Source: Candidatus Latescibacterota bacterium
GTDB taxonomy: Bacteria; Latescibacterota; UBA2968; UBA8231
Length of the DNA stretch: 64,000 bases
Assembly (NCBI GenBank): GCA_965242865.1
Contig: CBDETK010000013.1
Coordinates: 4,256,001-4,320,000, forward strand
Direction of reading: 5' to 3'
Shown: positions 38,707 to 47,971 of the stretch, in pieces
Layout: each line of letters begins with the position of its first letter
How positions within the stretch are numbered: the first letter of the stretch is position 1
Notes under the pieces: generated by a model
Told to the model about the DNA's origin: nothing
Seen by the model: the letters and a program-made list of their open reading frames with translations, nothing else
Database searches by the model: none
Program-made: the position numbers and the translations under genes

Positions 38707-40111
38707 GAGTTCTTTTTCTTCTTTTCGCTCTTGGCTCCTGTGGCTGTTGCTGGCCTGTGGCTGTAACGCGGTTTCCAGTAATGCCGCTCCGCTGGACGCG
38801 CTGGCCACCCTGTGGACCTCCCGCAGCGAACCTTGGTCCCATCCCGCCGCTATGGCTCGGACGCGACCCGCGCAGACAAAGCTCGAACTCAGCCACCATC
38901 TGTTGATTCGCTCCCGCAGCCGCGAAAGCTCCGCTTGGGGGCTGTCCGCCCGTCGAGATGTGCCTCTATTCCGGGGCGTCTTACGCTTGGAATTTCGCCA
39001 TGCGGATACGGCGGCCCGCCTTTCGTCTGGCTCGATTCGGTTTTCTACTCAACAGCACAATCCCAAGCTCTTTGACCTGAGTTATGGTCGGCCCTTCAGC
39101 CACCTAGATATGGGTTTTAAGGCGCGGCTGCGACCCTCCACTGCTGATCTTGAGGGGGCTGTCGGGCTCGGTGTAAAACTCCCGGCCAACTGGAACGCCG
39201 CGGTCCATTTTAGCCGTTATGCAGTAAATCAGCAGATCGCTTTCGATTTCAAATCCGACCGCATTGATGCAGGTATTGGGGGCCATCGCAGTGCCGGTGG
39301 CTTCACCTTGCAGGGCGGCGTTTTTGACAAAATCGCAATGAAGCTGCGTGGGGACTGGGGTGGTCTGTCGGTAGATTCTCGGGAGGAGGGCTATGCTCTG
39401 GCGCCGCAAACCGACTGGGGTACTTACGAAGGGGTAGCGACCTTCTCCATTACCCCCGCTTTATCTCTGCATACTAGGGGGCGTTACCGACAATTCTCCG
39501 CTCGGCCCGAAGGCACTTTGCAGGACCGGCGTTTCATGCGCAGCCGCGCCGAGGGACGCGATGCCGCTGGCTTTCTCACGGTGCGCTACGCCTCGCAACG
39601 GGACCGGGAAATGGCATGGGGTATTTTCGCCAATCGCGGCTCGATAGAGGCTCGCGGAGGTCGCTTGGAGAGTTGGCCCTTCATCAACAGCTTCGCCTCG
39701 GTTTTGGGCGGCAAGGACTGGTCGTTCTGGGGCGATGCAGACTTGCGCCTCTACGGCACTGATTTTCGTCTTCGCCGCCGCCATGCCCGCTGGCAGTTGG
39801 AAACGGCTACCCATCTTTTTTATTTGCACGGTAGCCTATCCACGACCTCGCGGGAGCGTAGAAAATTCAATTTTTTCAGTTTGTTCTTTCCCAAAAAGCA
39901 CCGGGCCGCCGGCACTTTTGGGGCTACGGTCCTAGACCTCGCTGTCCAGATTGAGTACCAGTTTTCCGCTTGGAGTTTGCGCTACTCGGTTGCCCAGCTT
40001 TTCCCACTGGATATGCGTTCCTCCTTTGCTTCGGCCGCCGAATCGGGCGAGGACAAGCGCGGCGGAAGCCAACAGCGGCTCAGCCTGACGTACACTCCCG
40101 ACATGAAATAA
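38705..40111 (+). CDS. Hypothetical secreted protein, probable outer-membrane beta-barrel
   Basis: 468-aa ORF, signal-like N-terminus, alternating aromatic/hydrophobic beta pattern; start uncertain. Confidence 0.6.
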   Translation: MSSFSSFRSWLLWLLLACGCNAVSSNAAPLDALATLWTSRSEPWSHPAAMARTRPAQTKLELSHHLLIRSRSRESSAWGLSARRDVPLFRGVLRLEFRHADTAARLSSGSIRFSTQQHNPKLFDLSYGRPFSHLDMGFKARLRPSTADLEGAVGLGVKLPANWNAAVHFSRYAVNQQIAFDFKSDRIDAGIGGHRSAGGFTLQGGVFDKIAMKLRGDWGGLSVDSREEGYALAPQTDWGTYEGVATFSITPALSLHTRGRYRQFSARPEGTLQDRRFMRSRAEGRDAAGFLTVRYASQRDREMAWGIFANRGSIEARGGRLESWPFINSFASVLGGKDWSFWGDADLRLYGTDFRLRRRHARWQLETATHLFYLHGSLSTTSRERRKFNFFSLFFPKKHRAAGTFGATVLDLAVQIEYQFSAWSLRYSVAQLFPLDMRSSFASAAESGEDKRGGSQQRLSLTYTPDMK

Positions 40112-40288
40112 TCACAGGCGTTACGCGGTCTTGCCGAAGGCTCGCGGGTTGAGGTGGTACTCGACCGAGGCCAGTTGGCCGTGCGGCGAGCCGCCTGAAG
40201 CGGGAACCGCGATTTAGCGCTCGTAGTCTTTTTTTGTGAACCGCGAAAATTATCCGTATTTTCACACCCTTTTCAGAGAGGAAATCCC

Positions 40289-41671
40289 ATGCGGAAGTTG
40301 TGCTTTTCCCTGTTCATTTTGAGCCTCGCGGTGGCGGGCAATGCCCAGGCCAGCGACAACATGCAGCTTTTGCGCCAGATGAGCGATGGCTTTGCCGAAC
40401 TCGCCGCGCAGGTTAAGCACGGCGTCGTAAAAATCACGACCGAGGGCACCGAGGAGGGCCGCGTATTTGACCTGCCGTGGCGAAGGCCCTTCCGCGCCCC
40501 GGACCAATGGCACCGGGGCCAAGGCTCGGGCGTGATCGTCGAGTTGGATGGCCAGCAGTACATCATCACCAACAACCACGTGATTCGCAGCGCGGACAAC
40601 ATCCGCGTGGAAGCGACTGATTCGCGGTTTTTTGCCGCCGCGGTGGTCGGTCGCGATTCCTTGAGCGATGTGGCTGTGCTGAAGATCGACGCCGAAAGCC
40701 TGCCCACCTTGACCTTGGGCGACTCAGACCGGCTGCGCGAGGGCGAGTGGGTGATGGCCATAGGCAATCCCTTGGGCTTCGCTCACTCCGTGACGATGGG
40801 CACGGTCAGTGCGCTGGGGCGGGGTCGTTTCGGCCCTGAGTACGGCTCCTTCATCCAGACCGATGCCGCCCTCAACAAGGGCAACAGCGGCGGGGGCCTA
40901 ATCAACTTGCGCGGGGAGCTCGTGGGCCTCAACACCGCCATCTCCAGCAACGACGGCGGCAATATAGGCATTGGCTTTGCCATTCCGATCAACTTGGTCA
41001 AACACGTGGCCGAGCAGCTTATTGAGCACGGCGAGGTGCGGCGCGGTTTCCTCGGCGTGAGAATCGGCGACTTGGACCCGCTGTTGGCCGAAGCCCTGGG
41101 GCTGGACGACACCCGAGGCGTGTTGATCCGCAGCGTAAGCCCCGAGCGAGCAGCGGATAAGGCCGGCGTCAAACGAGACGACATCGTGCTCGAAGTCGAT
41201 GGGCAGCCCGTCCATAATACCGTCGATCTGAGGAGTCAGATCGGGCGCACCGCCCCGGGCGTGGAGGTCGAGTTGCTGGTGTTGCGCGAGGGCGCGAAGA
41301 AGCGCATCGCGGTCGAGTTGGAGGCTCTGACCGAGGAGGTCTTAGCCTCGGCCGCTGGTGCCCGCGATGCCAATGAGGCGCGTGGGCCGCTGGGGATCCG
41401 GGTGGAGAACCTAAAGGACGAGTGGGCGGAACGCTTGGGATACGAAGACGAAGTTGGGGTGTTGATCGTGCGGGTGGCCAGAGGCAGTGAGGCGGCCAAG
41501 CGGGGCTTGCGCCGATTGATGCTCATTCAGCAGATAAACGGCGAACAGGTGGAAACCGTAGCAGAGTACGAGGATGCGTTGGCAGCCATTGAGCCGGGGG
41601 ATGCGTTTATGATGCGGGTGCTGGGCGAGCAGGGGACGCGACTGGTGGGGTTGCGGATGCCGGCAAATTGA
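40289..41671 (+). CDS. HtrA/DegP-family serine endoprotease with two PDZ domains
   Basis: GSGVI, ITNNHV, SDVAVLKI, IQTDAALNKGNSGG, GIGFAIP; two PDZ domains. Confidence 0.95.
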   Translation: MRKLCFSLFILSLAVAGNAQASDNMQLLRQMSDGFAELAAQVKHGVVKITTEGTEEGRVFDLPWRRPFRAPDQWHRGQGSGVIVELDGQQYIITNNHVIRSADNIRVEATDSRFFAAAVVGRDSLSDVAVLKIDAESLPTLTLGDSDRLREGEWVMAIGNPLGFAHSVTMGTVSALGRGRFGPEYGSFIQTDAALNKGNSGGGLINLRGELVGLNTAISSNDGGNIGIGFAIPINLVKHVAEQLIEHGEVRRGFLGVRIGDLDPLLAEALGLDDTRGVLIRSVSPERAADKAGVKRDDIVLEVDGQPVHNTVDLRSQIGRTAPGVEVELLVLREGAKKRIAVELEALTEEVLASAAGARDANEARGPLGIRVENLKDEWAERLGYEDEVGVLIVRVARGSEAAKRGLRRLMLIQQINGEQVETVAEYEDALAAIEPGDAFMMRVLGEQGTRLVGLRMPAN

Positions 41672-43764
41672 GTATGCGCTCGCAAGCGATATGGCACCCG
41701 GCCGCGCGGGCCGTGTACATCCGCCTCAAATTCCACCTGACCAGCGCAGCAGTCAAAGGGCTGCTGCGCTGTGCTGCGAGTGGCCCGTACGAGGTGTATT
41801 TGAACGGCGAGTGCGTGGGCCGGGGCTTGGGGCCGGCCGTGGCCGAAGTGCCCGCGTGGGAGCGGTTCGCGCTGGAGGCCGCGCTGCAAGAGGGCGAAAA
41901 CGTGCTCTTAGTCTTTGCCATTGGCCACGGCGCAGCCGACTGGTTTTGTGCCGAGGGAAAAATCGAGCGCAGCGATGGGGCCGAGCAGGTGCTATACACG
42001 GGCGCGCCGTGGCAGGTGCAGCCGGCCCATGCTTGGCAAGGCCCGGCCGGCTACGTAGCCGCGTTGGAGCCGCCCGAGTGGCCCAAGGGGCAGTTTGCGG
42101 GATGGCGGGAAGCGGCCGTGGTGGCCGGCGTCGAGCCGAGGGATTGGTCGCCGTTGCCGGCCGAGGAAAGCATGGCGTCGGCGCGGGAAGTGGTGGCTTT
42201 TGGCGAGGTCGCCAGCGAGGAGACGCTCGAATGGATGGCGCACCCCGCCCCCATGCAGACCGCCAAGTGCGTGCGGCGGGAAGCGTTGCTGACCCCCGGT
42301 AAAACCCAGTGTTTGGTCCAGGCAACCGATCCCGCCCGAGCCGCGTATTTGATTTTGGACTTTGGGCGGCGGCTGCGCGGCTTCCCCCGGCTGCGGCTGC
42401 GGGGCCGATCTAGTGCGGTACTGGACCTAGGGTTTGCGCGGGCGTCGGGCGCGGTGGAAGCGCGCCTGCGCTACGAGTGCCGCGACGGGTTACAGGAGTG
42501 GACCGCGCCGCACTTGGCGACATGCCGCTACCTAGTGGTGCGAATCGGACCGTGCCCCGCCGAGGTAGAAATAGACAGCATCTTGCTGGTGGAGCGGCGC
42601 GTAGCGGTCGCGGGGCGCGGGTCCTTTATCACCGCAGACCAAGACTGGGAGCGGCTGTGGCGGACCGGCGAGCAAACCGTAGCCGCTAGCCGGCAAGAGG
42701 GGTACGCGCTCGGGGAAGACCGGATCCGCTGGGACCACTTCTACGTGTGGGCACTGAACGATTTGTCCACGACCGGCTGCGTGGATACCGCACGCGCCGT
42801 GCTGGCTGGCAGCAAAGCACCGCTTGGCGGGGAACAAGCCTGTTTCCACGCCCTGTTCGCCGAGTTGGCACAGCGGCACACCGGCGACCGAGCGGCTGCG
42901 GTCGCCAGCCTAGTGAGCGGCTTGCAAGCGGCCGAGGCCGCCCCGGCGACCGCTGCGACCGCGTTGCGCGCCGGGGCTTGGCAAGCGGTCGCCGCCTTGT
43001 GCCGGCGCACGGGCGACCGCCAGCGAGCCGCCCAATGCTTGCGTGCCTATCGCCGGGCGCGCCGGGGCTTGCAAGCCGCTTGGAGCGAGGAGCAGGGGCT
43101 TTTTGCCGAGGCTGCTGGGGCCGATGATTGCAGCCGCTGGGCGAATGCCTTGGTGCTCTACTTTGCTTTGGCCAACCCCAGCCAGCAGGTGCGGGTGGCG
43201 CAGCACCTCGCCGATGGCTCGGCGGACGAAGACGATTTGTGGCAGGCGTTTTTTATCGCCGGGGCGCTGTGGCGAGCGGATGCCGACGAGGCCGCCTTAG
43301 CGTACGTCCAGAGAAAGTGGGGCCGCTTGCTGGCGCGTCCGGGCCAGACGTGGGGCGAGAAGGCCGGCTCGTTGGCCGCGCAACCCGGGCCGGAGAGCTT
43401 GCTGGCGGCGCACGTGCTAGGGGTTGAGTCTAAGGCCGAGGGGATTTTGGCGATTCGCCCACAGTTGTCCGGGCTCGAACGCGCCGAAGGCGTCGTGCCC
43501 ACGCTATACGGCGATGTCGAGATCGCGTGGGGGGCATACAGCGGCGGCTTTTCCGCGCGCCTTGCCGTTCCGCACGACGGCCAAACGCACCTTGCCGTAC
43601 CCCGCTGCGGCAAGCGCTTCCCCCAAATCGAAATCAACGGCGAGACAGTGTGGCGCAATGAAAAGGTCCACCCCAACTTCCACGTGCAGAAACTAATCAG
43701 CCAAGCGGAGCGGGTGGTGATGGTATTGCGGCGGGCCGGCCGGTACGAAGTCTCGGTGGCGTAG
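41668..43764 (+). CDS. Alpha-L-rhamnosidase (GH78)-like protein, divergent
   Basis: YEVYLNG..VG, LQEGENVL, LILDFGR...GFPRL, IRPQLSGL..AEG.VPT.YG.V...W domain order of GH78. Confidence 0.6.
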   Translation: MSMRSQAIWHPAARAVYIRLKFHLTSAAVKGLLRCAASGPYEVYLNGECVGRGLGPAVAEVPAWERFALEAALQEGENVLLVFAIGHGAADWFCAEGKIERSDGAEQVLYTGAPWQVQPAHAWQGPAGYVAALEPPEWPKGQFAGWREAAVVAGVEPRDWSPLPAEESMASAREVVAFGEVASEETLEWMAHPAPMQTAKCVRREALLTPGKTQCLVQATDPARAAYLILDFGRRLRGFPRLRLRGRSSAVLDLGFARASGAVEARLRYECRDGLQEWTAPHLATCRYLVVRIGPCPAEVEIDSILLVERRVAVAGRGSFITADQDWERLWRTGEQTVAASRQEGYALGEDRIRWDHFYVWALNDLSTTGCVDTARAVLAGSKAPLGGEQACFHALFAELAQRHTGDRAAAVASLVSGLQAAEAAPATAATALRAGAWQAVAALCRRTGDRQRAAQCLRAYRRARRGLQAAWSEEQGLFAEAAGADDCSRWANALVLYFALANPSQQVRVAQHLADGSADEDDLWQAFFIAGALWRADADEAALAYVQRKWGRLLARPGQTWGEKAGSLAAQPGPESLLAAHVLGVESKAEGILAIRPQLSGLERAEGVVPTLYGDVEIAWGAYSGGFSARLAVPHDGQTHLAVPRCGKRFPQIEINGETVWRNEKVHPNFHVQKLISQAERVVMVLRRAGRYEVSVA

Positions 43765-43791
43765 CTGCTATCCTATACAATAATTTGCATA

Positions 43792-43826
43792 TTGACACGG
43801 TAATATAGTATAAATATGTTCAGTAT
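43792..43826 (+). promoter_or_regulatory. Promoter/operator upstream of Panacea module 1
   Basis: TTGACA-N17-TATGTT; 28/35 identical to 47912-47946. Confidence 0.6.
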
Positions 43827-43859
43827 TGTAGTCCGTTGCTTTGCATAGGGAGAAAGAAT

Positions 43860-44360
43860 ATGGGATACCCAGCAAAAGCTATCGCCAACTATTTTCTGGA
43901 ACTAGCCGCCAAAGAGGGTGAGAAGATCACACCCCTCAAGATGCAAAAGCTAGTCTATATCGCTCACGGCTGGTATCTGGCTCTCTACGACGACCCCTTG
44001 GTTGACGACGAGTGTGCAGAAGCGTGGGAGTATGGTCCTGTTTTCCCCTCAATCTATCACGAGTTCAAGCATTTTGGCGGAGATCCCATCGCGGAACTAG
44101 CTGTTGATCTAGATTACAATGAGCTCTCAGAGGAATGGGAGGCCTGGAAGCCTCGCATTGACGGTAGAGACAAAAACACGCGGGCTTTCCTCAACCATAT
44201 CTGGAAACTGTACAAAGGTTTCACTGGAGGCCAATTATCTGCTTTAACCCATGAAGGAGGAACGCCTTGGGAGAAAACACGCAACGAAAAGGGGCGAATA
44301 AGAAACGCCCATATCGAGAATCAGGATATACAAGAATACTATAAAGGTCGTCTCAAATGA
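43860..44360 (+). CDS. Panacea-domain (SocA/GepA/DUF4065) antitoxin
   Basis: IANYFL, ITPLKMQKLVYIAHGW, EAWEYGPV, LSALTH...TPW, I..YY. Confidence 0.9.
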   Translation: MGYPAKAIANYFLELAAKEGEKITPLKMQKLVYIAHGWYLALYDDPLVDDECAEAWEYGPVFPSIYHEFKHFGGDPIAELAVDLDYNELSEEWEAWKPRIDGRDKNTRAFLNHIWKLYKGFTGGQLSALTHEGGTPWEKTRNEKGRIRNAHIENQDIQEYYKGRLK

Positions 44361-44692
44361 CCATCGAGAATACAGAGGACTTCAAGCGAATCCCTACTGA
44401 AGACCCTTCAGAGGCCATGACACCCGAAGAATCTTTGCTTCGCCATGAGCGCCAGACACAGGCTCAAAACATAGGACGACTTGGTAAAATTTTCGGAAAC
44501 AAAGAGAATGCTCAAGGCTATCTCATTACAATTTTACTCCTAGCCTTTCTCATTCTATTGGCTGGACTAGCATACGTGGAATCTAGTATCCGAGCGGATC
44601 TAGCCAAAGGTCTTTTTACCCTCATGGCCTCTCTTGTAGGATACTTCGGGGGCAAAGCGGGCAGCAAAAATGGCGAGGCGTCCAAACCTTAA
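44357..44692 (+). CDS. Small 2-TM membrane protein, putative toxin partner
   Basis: ATGA overlap with the Panacea gene; acidic N-terminus then two hydrophobic helices; AT-rich. Confidence 0.65.
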   Translation: MTIENTEDFKRIPTEDPSEAMTPEESLLRHERQTQAQNIGRLGKIFGNKENAQGYLITILLLAFLILLAGLAYVESSIRADLAKGLFTLMASLVGYFGGKAGSKNGEASKP

Positions 44693-44748
44693 ACACCCAT
44701 CCTCGATTTAACCCAAATACAAAAAGCGCAAAGTCTCCGCTAAAAATT

Positions 44749-45858
44749 TCAAGCGAGCAGGGACTCGACCCGCGCTGGCGTGAGCCGGTGGCCGAAAAGC
44801 GGCTGCGAGCGGGTGGAGGTTGAGCGCTGCCAAGTGGCAAAGAGCCCTCCGTCCGCTTCTGTTAGTACGGATGCGTAGCGCGAGCAGCCGGTCCCTTCCG
44901 GCGAGACGAAGAGCGGCTGGAGGCGGCTGAGGCGGTACAGGCGCGGAAACTGGCGATCGAAGCCATAAGCCAAGCCGCCCAATTCCTCGCAGGAGTACCC
45001 GCGCGGCCGGACGACCCCCCTGGCATGCGCTTTGAGCGGGCGCATAGACTCGGCCCCGTCGTAGAAATAGAGCGAGAGCGAGGGCAAACGAGCGAATGCG
45101 CCCACTTTGGGCACGGGCAGCCGGCAGGTGACGCGCACGGCCGCCACATCCCAAGTGGAGCCGCGGGGAAAGAAGTCGTGGTCGTGGCTTTCGCACGAAT
45201 GCGCCGCGAGGACGCCGCGGCCCGAAGTGCTCGCCGACCAAGTGCATGGGTGGGCGCAATACAGCAGCAGGGGTTGCCGACCCATCCCGGCCGAAAGGTT
45301 GGGGTCTTTGAGGTGTAGATAGGCGGGGTCATCGCTGGTCAGCAGCGGGGCAATCGACTGCTGTGGATCGAGCCGGTCGATGGAGGGGGCAGAGAAAGCG
45401 TCAATGCTCCAGACGCCGGTGCCCGGCTTCTGAAAAGCAGCGACGGGCCGAGGGTAAAGGCGAACTTTTTCAGTGGAGACCAGCACTTGAACGCGGCGTT
45501 TGGTGAGGCGCAGCGCACTGCCTTCAATGCTGAGCACGGCCGACTTGCAGTAGAGATCGGATTTGTCCCAAGTGCGAACCTCAGCAAAGCTCCGGCCGTG
45601 GTCCGTCGAGCGCAAAATGGCTAGGGCGCGGCCTCGGGGACCCGCGCTTAGCCCGGTGCGGCTGTCGCCGGCGTCGCGGTAGCGGCCAATGAGCCAGAGG
45701 CTGCCATCGTTGGGATCGCGCACCGAGTTGCCGCCGCCAAACCAGAAGCCATCGCGGTCCTTGGTCGGCTCGACGATGCGTCGGCCGCGCTTTTGGTTGA
45801 TGAGCTGAGTGCCGAGCCGGATGAGTTTGCGTTCGAGCGCGAGGGGTAGCTTGTCCAT
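44749..45858 (-). CDS. Hypothetical beta-propeller glycoside hydrolase/sialidase-like protein
   Basis: Asp-box STDHGRSF; GFWFGGG, SIEG, HLKDP, YDGAE motifs; no signal peptide. Confidence 0.55.
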   Translation of the reverse strand: MDKLPLALERKLIRLGTQLINQKRGRRIVEPTKDRDGFWFGGGNSVRDPNDGSLWLIGRYRDAGDSRTGLSAGPRGRALAILRSTDHGRSFAEVRTWDKSDLYCKSAVLSIEGSALRLTKRRVQVLVSTEKVRLYPRPVAAFQKPGTGVWSIDAFSAPSIDRLDPQQSIAPLLTSDDPAYLHLKDPNLSAGMGRQPLLLYCAHPCTWSASTSGRGVLAAHSCESHDHDFFPRGSTWDVAAVRVTCRLPVPKVGAFARLPSLSLYFYDGAESMRPLKAHARGVVRPRGYSCEELGGLAYGFDRQFPRLYRLSRLQPLFVSPEGTGCSRYASVLTEADGGLFATWQRSTSTRSQPLFGHRLTPARVESLLA

Positions 45859-45873
45859 AGCAGAGCCGCGCTA

Positions 45874-45903
45874 AGTATGACGAAAAAGCCTCCGAACTGT
45901 CAA
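45874..45903 (-). promoter_or_regulatory. Candidate sigma70 promoter
   Basis: Minus strand TTGACA-N18-CATACT just upstream of the ATG at 45858. Confidence 0.4.
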
Positions 45904-45921
45904 GCAAATGACCCATTGCCG

Positions 45922-46938
45922 TCAGGCATCCCAGCCGGCCAGTTCTTGGCGGGCGATGGCTGCCATGGCGTCGAGCCAAGCCGGGTGGTCGTTGAGGCAG
46001 GGCACTAAGTGAAACTGTTGGCCGCGCCCGCGGGAAAACAGCTCGGCCCCTTCGCGGCCAATTTCGTCGAGCGTCTCGAGACAGTCGGCGGTAAAGCCGG
46101 GGCAAACGGCGACTAAGCGACGCACGCCCTGCCCCCCGAGGCGCGCCAGCACGTCCTCGGTGTAAGGCTCTAGCCAAGGCTCTTTGCCAAAGCGCGATTG
46201 GAAGCCGTTGGTCCACTCGTCGTCCGCAAGGCCCAGGGCTGCGGCGAGCAGCCGCGCGGTTTCCTCGCATTGGCGGCGGTAGGGATCGCCTTCGGCGACG
46301 TAGCGCTGGGGAATGCCGTGGAAGGTGATTAGGTAGCGGTCGGGGGTCCAATGGAGGCGAGCGACCGCTTCGGCCACCGACTGCTTGAGCGCGTTGATGT
46401 ACGCGGGATGGGCTGCGTAGGGCGGGACGAAGCGCAGGGCCGGCATCTGGCGTTTGCGGTCAAAAAACCAAGGACAGCGCCGGCCCAAGGCCGCGCGGTT
46501 GACCGCGTCGTAGATCGAGCCGGAGGTGGCGCAGGAAAACTGCGGGTACATGGGAAAGACGAGGACGCGCTCGACGCCTTCCTCCTCTAGGGACTGGACC
46601 GCACGGGCAATGCTCGGCTCGCCGTAGCGCATGCCGAGCACGACCCGGTAGGCCGCGCCCAACCGCTCTTGCAAGCCGCGGGTCTGCGCTTGGGAATGGA
46701 CCAAGAGCGGCGAGCCTTCGTCGGTCCAGATATTGGCGTACAGGGCGGCCGAGCGTGCGGGGCGGCGGGTGAGGACCAAGAGATAGAGAATGGGATACCA
46801 CTTGAGCGGGTGGAGGTCGATGACGCGCGGGTCCGAGAGAAATTGGCGCAGATAGGGCCGCAGGGCGCGGGCGGTGGGTGCTTGCGGCGTGCCGAGCTGG
46901 GCGACGAGGACGCCAATTTTGGCTGCACTAGCGGGCAT
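45922..46938 (-). CDS. hemH: Ferrochelatase
   Basis: LGTP, YLRQFLSDPRVI, GSPL, MRYGEPS, PMYPQFS, FHGIP, GDPY, FQSRFG..PWLEP, PGFTADCLETLDEI, PCLND. Confidence 0.95.
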   Translation of the reverse strand: MPASAAKIGVLVAQLGTPQAPTARALRPYLRQFLSDPRVIDLHPLKWYPILYLLVLTRRPARSAALYANIWTDEGSPLLVHSQAQTRGLQERLGAAYRVVLGMRYGEPSIARAVQSLEEEGVERVLVFPMYPQFSCATSGSIYDAVNRAALGRRCPWFFDRKRQMPALRFVPPYAAHPAYINALKQSVAEAVARLHWTPDRYLITFHGIPQRYVAEGDPYRRQCEETARLLAAALGLADDEWTNGFQSRFGKEPWLEPYTEDVLARLGGQGVRRLVAVCPGFTADCLETLDEIGREGAELFSRGRGQQFHLVPCLNDHPAWLDAMAAIARQELAGWDA

Positions 46939-47026
46939 AAGCGGACGGTTGCTGGAGGGTGAGCGGCGACTTACCTTTGACAATAATTCTAGAACGCCAT
47001 CTTGAAAAGCCCGGAGGGAGAATAGA

Positions 47027-47743
47027 ATGCGTAGCATTTTCGCAGGCATTGAATACGCGGGGAAAAGTACGCTGGCCACCATGCTCGGGGAGTACTATCG
47101 GCACCGCCGCGTCCCCATCCACACCGACGATCACTTCACCATCCCCGATGCGTCGCTCAGCCCGGCGTCGCGCGCGCTCATGCTCGACCTACCCGACGAC
47201 ATGAAGGAGCGCGGGCAGCGGATGCAAATCCACTACCACGTAGAAATCATCAAAAAGTACGCCTGTCCGCTGATCGTGGGCTGGCACTTAGAGGAAGCCG
47301 TGTACACGCGCTTTTACGGCGACGACCCAGACAGCTTTTACTACCCGAACTTCCACTACGGCTTCCAGCGGCTCTATGAATCGCTGGTGCTAGAGGCCCA
47401 CCTGCCCGATGTGGTGCTATTCCACGTAACGGCCTCGGACGAGGAGATCGCCCGGCGGATGCAGGACAGCCCGCACGAATATCCGGTCGTGCGCCCCGAA
47501 CACATCGCCGAGGTCAAAGCGCATTTTGAAGCGGAGATCGCCGCGTCCCTGTTTACCCACCAAAACCGCACGGTCGTCTTAGACACCACCGGCAAGACGC
47601 CCGCGGAGTCGTTTGACGAGCTGTTGTTGGCGTCCGAGCCGCTGGTGACGATGGGCGAATTGGCCGTGCGCGCCATGGCAGTGCCGGAGGGCGAGTACGA
47701 AGTGGTGTACGAGCGCGGCGTCCGCAAGACGGTGCCCAAGTAG
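47027..47743 (+). CDS. P-loop NMP/dNMP kinase-like protein
   Basis: N-terminal GIEYAGKSTL Walker A; PDVVLFHVTASDEEIARR and LDTTGKTP resemble thymidylate-kinase-fold segments. Confidence 0.65.
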   Translation: MRSIFAGIEYAGKSTLATMLGEYYRHRRVPIHTDDHFTIPDASLSPASRALMLDLPDDMKERGQRMQIHYHVEIIKKYACPLIVGWHLEEAVYTRFYGDDPDSFYYPNFHYGFQRLYESLVLEAHLPDVVLFHVTASDEEIARRMQDSPHEYPVVRPEHIAEVKAHFEAEIAASLFTHQNRTVVLDTTGKTPAESFDELLLASEPLVTMGELAVRAMAVPEGEYEVVYERGVRKTVPK

Positions 47744-47911
47744 CAGACTCCGCAGAAACTTTTTTGTGTTATCGGTCGTTGTACTTGGCCCATGGCTAGC
47801 GATTCGTACAATACCTTTAGATAAGATACTGATTGCTCGCCTCGCGTTATTTTTTATTTGAAGTTGAAGAGTCAAGAATTTTTCTAGCAAGTTAATTGCC
47901 TATTATTTTTC

Positions 47912-47946
47912 TTGACGCGGTGAAAGAGTGTACAGATGTTCAGTAT
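47912..47946 (+). promoter_or_regulatory. Promoter/operator upstream of Panacea module 2
   Basis: TTGACGCGGTGAAAGAGTGTACAGATGTTCAGTAT; 28/35 identical to 43792-43826. Confidence 0.55.
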
Positions 47947-47971
47947 AACCCTCTAACCGATTGGCTGCATT

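Noticed and set aside
44730-47765. Similar words CTCCGCTAAAAATTT (about 44735) and CTCCGCAGAAACTTT (about 47748) as element ends
   Set aside because: Short, imperfect, and they flank ordinary host genes; likely chance
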